Assembly: GCF_009914755.1 (NCBI RefSeq)
Contig: NC_060926.1
DNA: 64,000 bases
Direction: 5' to 3' (one strand)
Origin: the human T2T-CHM13v2.0 reference genome, Homo sapiens
Shown here piece by piece: positions 53,003 through 64,000 of this stretch. Each line of letters begins with the position of its first letter. Within the stretch, counting starts at the first letter, position 1. Both the position numbers and the translations under genes were made by a program. The notes under the pieces are model-generated. The model did no database searches, had not been told where the DNA came from, and was given only the letters and a program-made list of their open reading frames with translations.

Positions 53003-55081
53003 CCTCCTCTCCCTCTCCCTCCTCTCCCTCTCCCTCCTCTCCCTCTCCCTCTCCCTCTCCCTCTCCCCACGGTCTCCCTCTCCCCACGGTCTCCCTCTCC
53101 CTCTCTTTCCACGGTCTCCCCCTGATGCTGAGCCAAAGCTGGACTGTACTGCTGCCATCTCGGCTCACTGCAAACTCCCTGCCTGATTCTCCTGCCTCAG
53201 CCTGCCGAGTGCCTGCGATTGCAGGCGTGCGCCGCCACGCCTGACTGGTTTTCGTATTTTTTTGGTGGAGACGGGGTTTCGCTGTGTTGGCCGGGCTGGT
53301 CTCCAGCTCCTAACCGCAAGTGATCCGCCAGCCTCGGCCTCCCGAGGTGCCGGGATGGCAGACGGAGTCGCGTTCACTCAGTGCTCAATGGTGCCCAGGC
53401 TGGAGTGCAGTGGCGTGATCTCGGCTGGCTACAACCTCCACTTCCCAGCTGCCTGCCTTGGCCCCGCAAAGTGCCGAGATTGCAGCCTCTGCCCGGCCGC
53501 CACCCCGTCTGGGAAGTGAGGAGCGTCTCTGCCTGGCCGCCCATCGTCTGGGATGTGAGGAGCCCCTCTGCCTGGCTGCCCAGTCTGGAAAGTAAGGAGC
53601 GTCTCTGCCCGGCCGCCATCCCATCTAGGAAGTGAGGAGCGTCTCTGCCAGGCCGCCCATCGTCTGAGATGTGGGGAGCGCCTCTGCCCTGCCGCCCCGT
53701 CTGGGATGTGAGGAGCGTCTCTGCCTGGCCGCCCCGTCTGAGAAGTGAGGAGACCCTCTGCCTGGCAACCACCCCGTCTGAGAAGTGAGGAGCCCCTCCG
53801 CCTGGCAGCCACACCCTCTGAGAAGTGAGGAGCGTCTCCGCCTGGCAGCCACCCCGTCTGGGAGGGAGGTGGGGGGGTTAGCCCCCCGCCCGGCCAGCCG
53901 CCCCATCCAGGAGGGAGGTGGGGGGGTCATCCCCCTGCCCGGCCAGCTGCCCGTCCGGGAGGGAGGTGGGGGGGTCAGCCCCCCGCTCGGCCAGCTGCCC
54001 TGTCGGGGAGGTGAGGGGCGCCTCTGCCCGGCCGCCCCTACTGGGAAGTGAGGAGCCCCTCTGCCTGGCCAGCCGCCCCATCCGGGAAGGATGTGGGGGG
54101 GTCAGCCCCCCGCCCGGCCAGCCGCCCCATCCGGGAGGTGAGGGGCGCCTTTGCCCGGCTGCCCCTACTGGGAAGAGAGGAGCCCCTCTGCCGGGCCAGC
54201 CGCCCCGTCCGGGAGGGAGGTGGGAGAGTCAGCCCCTGGCCCGGCCAGACGCCCCATCCGGGAGGGAGGCAGGGAGGTCAGCCCCCCGCCCGGCCAGCCG
54301 CCCTGTCCGGGAGGGAGGCGGGGGGGTCAGCCCCCCGCCCGGCCAGCCGCCCCGTCCGGGAGGTGAGGGGCGCCTCTGCCCGGCCGCCCCTACTGGGAAG
54401 AGAGGAGCCCCTCTGCCCGGCCAGCCACCCCATCCGGGAGGGAGGCAGGGGGGTCAGCCCCCCGCCCGGCCAGCCACCCCGTCCAGGAGGTGAGGGGCGC
54501 CTCTGCCCGGCCGCCCCTACTGGGAAGTGAGGAGCCCCTCTGCCCGGCCACCACCCCGTCTGGGAGGTGTACTCAACAGCTCATTGAGAACGGGCCATGA
54601 TGACAATGGCGGTTTTGTGGAATAGAAAGGGGGGAAAGGTGGGGAAAAGATTGAGAAATCGGATGGTTGCCATGTCTGTGTAGAAAGAGGTAGACATGGG
54701 AGACTTTTCATTTTGTTCTGTATAAGAAAAATTCTTCTGCCTTGGGATCCTGTTGATCTGTGACCTTACCCCCAACCCTGTGCTCTCTGAAACATGTGCT
54801 GTGTCCACTCAGGGTTGAATGGATTAAGGGTAGTGCAAGATGTGCTTTGTTAAACAGATGCTTGAAGGCAGCATGCTCGTTAAGAGTCATCACCACTCCC
54901 TAATCTCAAGTACCCAGGGACACAAACACTGCGGAAGGCCGCAGGGTCCTCTGCCTAGGAAAACCAGAGACCTTTGTTCACTTATCTGCTGACCTTCCCT
55001 CCACTATTGTCCTGTGACCCTGCCAAATCCCCCTCTGCGAGAAACACCCAAGAATGATCAATTAAAAAAAAAAAAAAAAGA
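53003..55081 (+). mobile_element. Full-length SVA retrotransposon (SVA_D-like)
   Basis: (CCCTCT)n at 53003-~53070, Alu-like region, GC-rich VNTR at ~53500-54565, SINE-R, poly(A); TSD aagaaaattggaaaggct (52985-53002) / aagaaagttggaaaggct (55082-55099). Confidence 0.96.
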
Positions 55082-55213
55082 AAGAAAGTTGGAAAGGCTT
55101 CAGGATTGTCAGTTAAATCTAATTGTTTTTGCCTGGGTCTACTGACAGACAGGTTTACATCGTCTCTATTACCTTTTTTTTTTTTTTTTTTTTAATTTGT
55201 TTTTTGTTTTTGA

Positions 55214-55569
<356 letters not shown>

Positions 55570-56860
55570 TAAAGCTGTAAGGTCTGGCTGCTGGGCTCCC
55601 TGAAACCTTGCACATATCTTACTGTATGACTGTATTTCGTTTTGAGTCTCTGGATTCTGGGGTTTGGACAGATGACCATAGTGAGGCCTGCAGAAATATG
55701 CATGTCCTCAGTGTTTGGACTGCCAGCTGCAAGGCAGAGCCAAACCCAATATGGCCCCATCATCCCTGGCTCAGCTGTGCTACCTGGCCATGCTGGAAGG
55801 GGTTTGATCTTCCAGGAATTTGCTTCACAGCTCTTTCCTGTCCCAAGATCTATGCCTGATGTGTAAATTCAGGACCCAAAAGGGCACAAAAAAGCAATAA
55901 CTACTAAATATAAGGAAAACAACTCTGTATACAGCATGTATAAAGAAAAGCAAGATGTATTTGGGGAGATAAAAGTTGTAAAGGCATTAAGATGTGTGTT
56001 TGTTGAGAAAAAATAAATTTGTGCATTTAAGAAGTTACTTAAAAGTTGTTTTTTTGTTTGTTTGTTTGTTTGTTTGTTTTTTGAGACAGGGTCTCACTCT
56101 GACACCCAGTCTAGAGTGCAGTGGAGCAATCATGGCTGACTGCAGCCTTGACCTGACAGGCCCAAGCAATCCTCTCACCTCAGCCTCTTGAGTATCTGGA
56201 CTACAGGTGTGTGCTGCCAACCCAGCTGATTTTCTTTTTCTTTTTTCTTTTTTTTTTTTTTTGAGATGGAGTTTTGCTCTTGTTGCCCAGTCTAGAGTGC
56301 AATGGTGTGATCTCAACTCACCACAACCTGCACCTCCTGGGCTCAAGTGACTCTCCTGCCTCAGCCTCCCAAGTGGGATTACAGGCATGCGCCACCATGC
56401 CCAGCTAATTTTGTATTTTTTAATAGAGACGAGGTTTCTCCATGTTGGTTAGGCTGGTCTTGAACTCTCGACTTTAGGTGATCCACCTACCTCAGCCTCC
56501 CAAAGTGCTGGGATTACAGGCGTGAGCCACCGTGCCTGGCTTACCCAGCTGATTTTCAAACTTTTTTTGTAAAGATGGGGTCTCACAATGTTTCCCAGGC
56601 TGATCTCAAATTCCTGGGCTCAAGTGATCCTCCTACCTCAGCCTCCCAAAGTGCTGGGGTTACAGGCATGAGCCACTGTGCCCAGCCTTAAAGGTTGTTT
56701 TTAAATGAAGAAAAAAGATATCAATAACATTAAATGAATGTAGAAAGTTGGGAAGAGAAAGAGAATAGAAAAAAATGTGTAAGAGATTATAAAATGTTTA
56801 TGAAAATCTTGTGGGTCAAAAGCTGACTGAAACTGGATGGATTTATTTATAAGCTTTTAA

Positions 56861-58637
<1,777 letters not shown>

Positions 58638-59991
58638 TGAACTCCTGACCTCAAGTGATCTGCCTGCCTCGGCCTCCCAAAGTGCTGGGATTACAGGTGT
58701 GAGCCACCAAACCCAGCCTGTGTAGGATTAATAAGAGATAGTAAAATATTTTTGTTTATCTTTGAGTAAACTGCAAAAAAAAAAAAAAAAAAGGAAGAGA
58801 AGAGACAGATTCTATCTCAGGCTGTCTTTATTAGGTCTTTTGATTGTTAGAAAAACAGACTTTTCTATCAAAGAATAAAGGTTTTTGCTTTTTAAAACCT
58901 TTTAATTATCACTTTGGCTAAATAAATATTATTTTACAGTGATCTGTGATCCTATTTTTGTTGCTTGTTTGTTTGTTTTTGAGATGGAGTCTCACTCTGT
59001 CGCCCAGACTGGAGTGCAGTGGCAAGAACTCAGCTTACTGCAAACTGCCTCCCAGGCTCAGCTATTCTCCCACCTCAGCCTCCCAAGTATCTGGGATTAC
59101 AGGCACTCACCACCACACCTAGCTAATTTTTGTATTTTTAGTAGAGATGAGTTTTCACCATGTTGGCCAGGCTGGTCTCGAACTCCCCCTCAGCCTCCCA
59201 AAGTGCTTGGATTACAGGCGTAATCCACCATGCCCAGCCTCCTATTTTGGTTGTTTTAAATTTTTGACAGGCTTCTCAAAATCAAATTTTAAATTCAAAA
59301 TTAAGTCTTTTAGGCCACAAACTAACTTTGCAATGCTACAGGAGGCCCCTGCAGCATCCAAAAGAGAGACAATAAGCAGGCTTATTTAATATTTTAAGTG
59401 ACATGGGAAGCATTGTCAAATAAGAAATGATGTTTAACTTTCTTTTTTTGTTGTTTTGCTTTTCTGCTTTTTTGAGATTGAGTTTTGCTCTTGTTGCCCA
59501 GGCTGGAGTGCAATGACACAATCTCGGCTCCCTGCAACCTCCACCTCCCAAGTTCAAGCAATTCTCCTGCCTCAGCCTCCTGAGTGGCTGGGATTACAGG
59601 CATGCACCACCACACCTGGCTAATTTTGTATTTTTAGTAGAGATGGGGTTTCTCCATGTTGGTCAGGCTGGTCTCGAACTCCCGACCTCAGGTGATCCGC
59701 CTTCCTCAGCCTCCCAAAGTGCTGGGATTACAGGTGTGAGCCACCGTGCCTGGCCTGATGTTTAACTTTCAAATTACATTTTGGATATGTTATTAATGTA
59801 TGTTCCAAAATTGGCTGGGCACAGTGGCTCATGCCTGTAATCCCAGCACTTTGGGAGGCGAAGGCAAGAGGATCCTTGAGCCCAGGAGATTGAAATCAGA
59901 CTGGGCAACATAGGAATCTCTTCTCTACAAAAATAAAAAATTTAGCCAAGTATGTTGGCATGCCCTGTGGTCCCAGCTACTCTGAAGGCTA

Positions 59992-60450
<459 letters not shown>

Positions 60451-61499
60451 CTAAAATTCTGATATGTCTTGGTATAAGTCACAGTTATGGCTATTATGTT
60501 AAATTATTACAGTCCACAGAAATAACCAAATTTCCTTGTCAATTGGGTCTTTAACTATGACGATTTTAAATTGTTTCCACAGTTAATTACTTAATTCTGA
60601 TGCATTTTCTGAAAGCTCTTTACGAGCAAGTAAAATCATAGAGTGTTGTGTCTTCAAGGAGGTTCATGGAAAGAATATAAAGGACCCTGACAAGCACATC
60701 TTTTTTTTTTTAAAGACAGAGTCTCATTCTGTCACCCAGGCTGGAGTGCAATAGCATGATCTCGGCTCATTGAAACCTCTGCTTCCTAAGTAGCTGGGAC
60801 GACAGGCATGTGCCACCATGCCCAGCTAATTTTTGTATTTTTTTGTAGAGACAGGATTTTACCATGTTGCCCATGCTGGTCTTGAACTCCTGGACTCAAG
60901 TGATCTGCCCGCCTCAGATTCCCAAAGTGATGGGATTACAGGTGTGAGCCACCATGACCGGCCATTGCCAGATTTTCATGCTAAATCAGCCAGTACTGAA
61001 ATTGTTAGGATATGCAGTTTGAATGAACTCCATGGTCCAAGTCAGATTACCTGTGATAACCCAGTTTTTACCTATTTATTTATTTTGAGACAAGGTCTGG
61101 CTCTATCACCCAGGCTGGAGTGCAGTGGTGCAATCTCGTTTCACTGTAACCTCCTTCGCCACCCCTTCCCCATCCCCCACCTAAGCCCCGCAAGTAGCTG
61201 AGACTACAGACATGCACCACCACACCTGGCTGGTTTTTGTATTTTTTGTAGAGATGGGGTTTCACCATGTTGCCCAGGCTGGTCTTGATCTGTGAACTCA
61301 AAGATCCATCTGTCTTGGCCTCCCAAAGTGCTGGGATTACAGGTGTGAGCCACTGCACCAGGCCAACCCAGTTATTAAACAGTACTATTCACCTGAATTG
61401 GAAAAACAAAATTGGTATTGAAGAAGATATACATCCAATGTTAAGCATAAACTCATGGAGAGCCTGGACAGCTGCCTCATCCTTCCTGAATCCTTAAAG

Positions 61500-62085
61500 C
61501 TTCCACTCTTAGAAGCTCTGTACTCCATGACACATTATGGTAGAGATTAAATGATCCAAATAGAAAATGTGTGTGTGTGTGTGTGTGTGTGTGTGGTGTG
61601 ACCGTTTTAAATTGCTAAAATGGTTTTTGACCAATGCTTAGTTTGTCAAATCCATAATCCTGGGGAAACAATAAAAACTTCAGGTACACTTCTGCTACCT
61701 GATTGGCCATTTGAACATTTATAGAGGGAGTTCATTCAATTGTCATTCGGAATGCATATTTTCTGGTTGTATAGAAGCTTTCCCACGAAAGAAGTCTGAT
61801 GATATAACAGTAGCTAAAAGTTTATTAGGAAGTGTGTTTTTTTCAGGGGGCATTCCTGGAGAAATCTCCAGTGATAAATGTATTTGTTTCATTGAACAAA
61901 TTGTAAAACAGTTAAATAAGAAACTACAGACAAAATAGTACTAGGCAAAGCTAAGTAAATCAACTGGATTGTCTTGGTCAAAGGTATTGCAGATTGATGA
62001 CAATTAGATCCACTTTCAGCAGAAAACATCAGTTGACCCTTTATAAAACAGTCACTGGAAGGCCTATGCCCCTAATAATAGAAAC
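61500..62085 (+). pseudogene. ERV integrase remnant
   Basis: DQCLVCQIHNPG (zinc-finger CxxC), PFEHL*REFIQL, FSGCIEAFP and GIPGEISSD motifs, with stops, frameshifts and a (TG)n insertion. Confidence 0.75.
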
Positions 62086-62094
62086 TCATGACTA

Positions 62095-62439
<345 letters not shown>

Positions 62440-63244
62440 CTAAACTTTGATATGGCTAACTGTGGCTTTAATGCATTATGCCAAAGTGCATTTTCACCAG
62501 GTAAGGAAGGTTTTCATGATCCACTGACTGAGGACAATTAAATCCTTCATGATCAAGAACATAGAGATTGGGTCTTCTAGAAACAACACACCTTGCCACC
62601 CACACTGCAGCAAAACTTTAGGACTTTGAACCTTGGGTCTGTAATCTCACAACTCAGAAGGGCCCCTCCAGACTCTTAGAACTGTATATCTGTTGGAGAC
62701 CTCAAGATAAAGCTAACCAGGGAAGTTTCTCACCAGAAGCAGATGGAATCCTAGATGTGGAAAGCTTTCTCAAGATGACAGATCAAGACTTCTTTGCCAT
62801 CATGAGACTCTTACCTCTCTTAATTTTTTCCTCGCTTATGCCTTTATGAAGACTAGAACTAGAAAAAGTCTTGTGTGGACCCATGGGGTATACTTTTATT
62901 TGTGGAGGATTTCACCGCTAACCTTATGCATGAGCAACCTTATGCCTTGATGGATAGAAGATGAAGGGCCAAAGTGGGTGAGGAATTTTCACGGTACCTT
63001 TGTAGCTCCATAATCAGTCAGAAACAGAACATTGGTCTATTTCTTTTAACCTACATTATAGGTTGAAGCAAACGTTGCCAGGAGGCCTTCACCCTTCTGA
63101 ATGGGCATAATTCGTTAGGTTGCTTTTTCCATGATTTGGGGTAAATGAGGCAATGATTAGAAATTTGTCCCTCATAGTAGACTCTATAGCAGATTCAACT
63201 ATAAACACTATGCTAAAGACTTCTTTAAACTTTTTGCTAAAGTT

Positions 63245-63815
<571 letters not shown>

Positions 63816-64000
63816 TGCAGCCATGCATAGAATGTCAAATGGTCTCTCTTCAACTGGGATGACAAAATCTCAAAGAAATACATAATCATGAGGACACTAT
63901 AACCTATGAAAGACATGTTGAGACCAGAAACCCAAAATGATCATAACTGAGAGTAGCAATTAGCGATGTTTTGGTCACACTCTCACTTAAGTGACAACAT

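Noticed and set aside
53374-54565. Array of ~35-50 bp repeats and Pro/Gly-rich ORFs that could be mistaken for a CRISPR array or repeat protein
   Set aside because: This is the SVA VNTR: no unique spacers, no cas genes, eukaryotic context.

Overview
Primate DNA, almost certainly human. From the SH2D6 match it should be chr2p11.2 (recalled, not checked). The first ~3 kb hold the last seven coding exons of SH2D6 (+ strand, SLP-76/BLNK-like SH2 adaptor). They join through GT-AG splice sites into one open frame ending ...LLFPTKP*, followed by a poly(A) signal and an orphan CpG island. The remaining ~60 kb are intergenic and very rich in retroelements: dozens of Alus, two Y1 RNA retrocopies, a U7 retrocopy, an Alu-left-arm/7SL chimera, solo LTRs (LTR12, MER57, MaLR) and DNA transposon relics. 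From ~48.6 kb to the end lies a decayed class I ERV internal region (integrase and env remnants) into which a young 5'-truncated L1, a full-length SVA, an RPSA processed pseudogene and many Alus have inserted. Most ORFs in the supplied track are Alu, SVA or GC-rich artefacts. I found no new multi-gene system. The least explained structures are a 118-bp, ~91% identical inverted repeat at 11970-12421 that I could not assign to a transposon, and the Alu/7SL chimera. Repeat subfamily names and boundaries come from recalled consensus sequences and are approximate.
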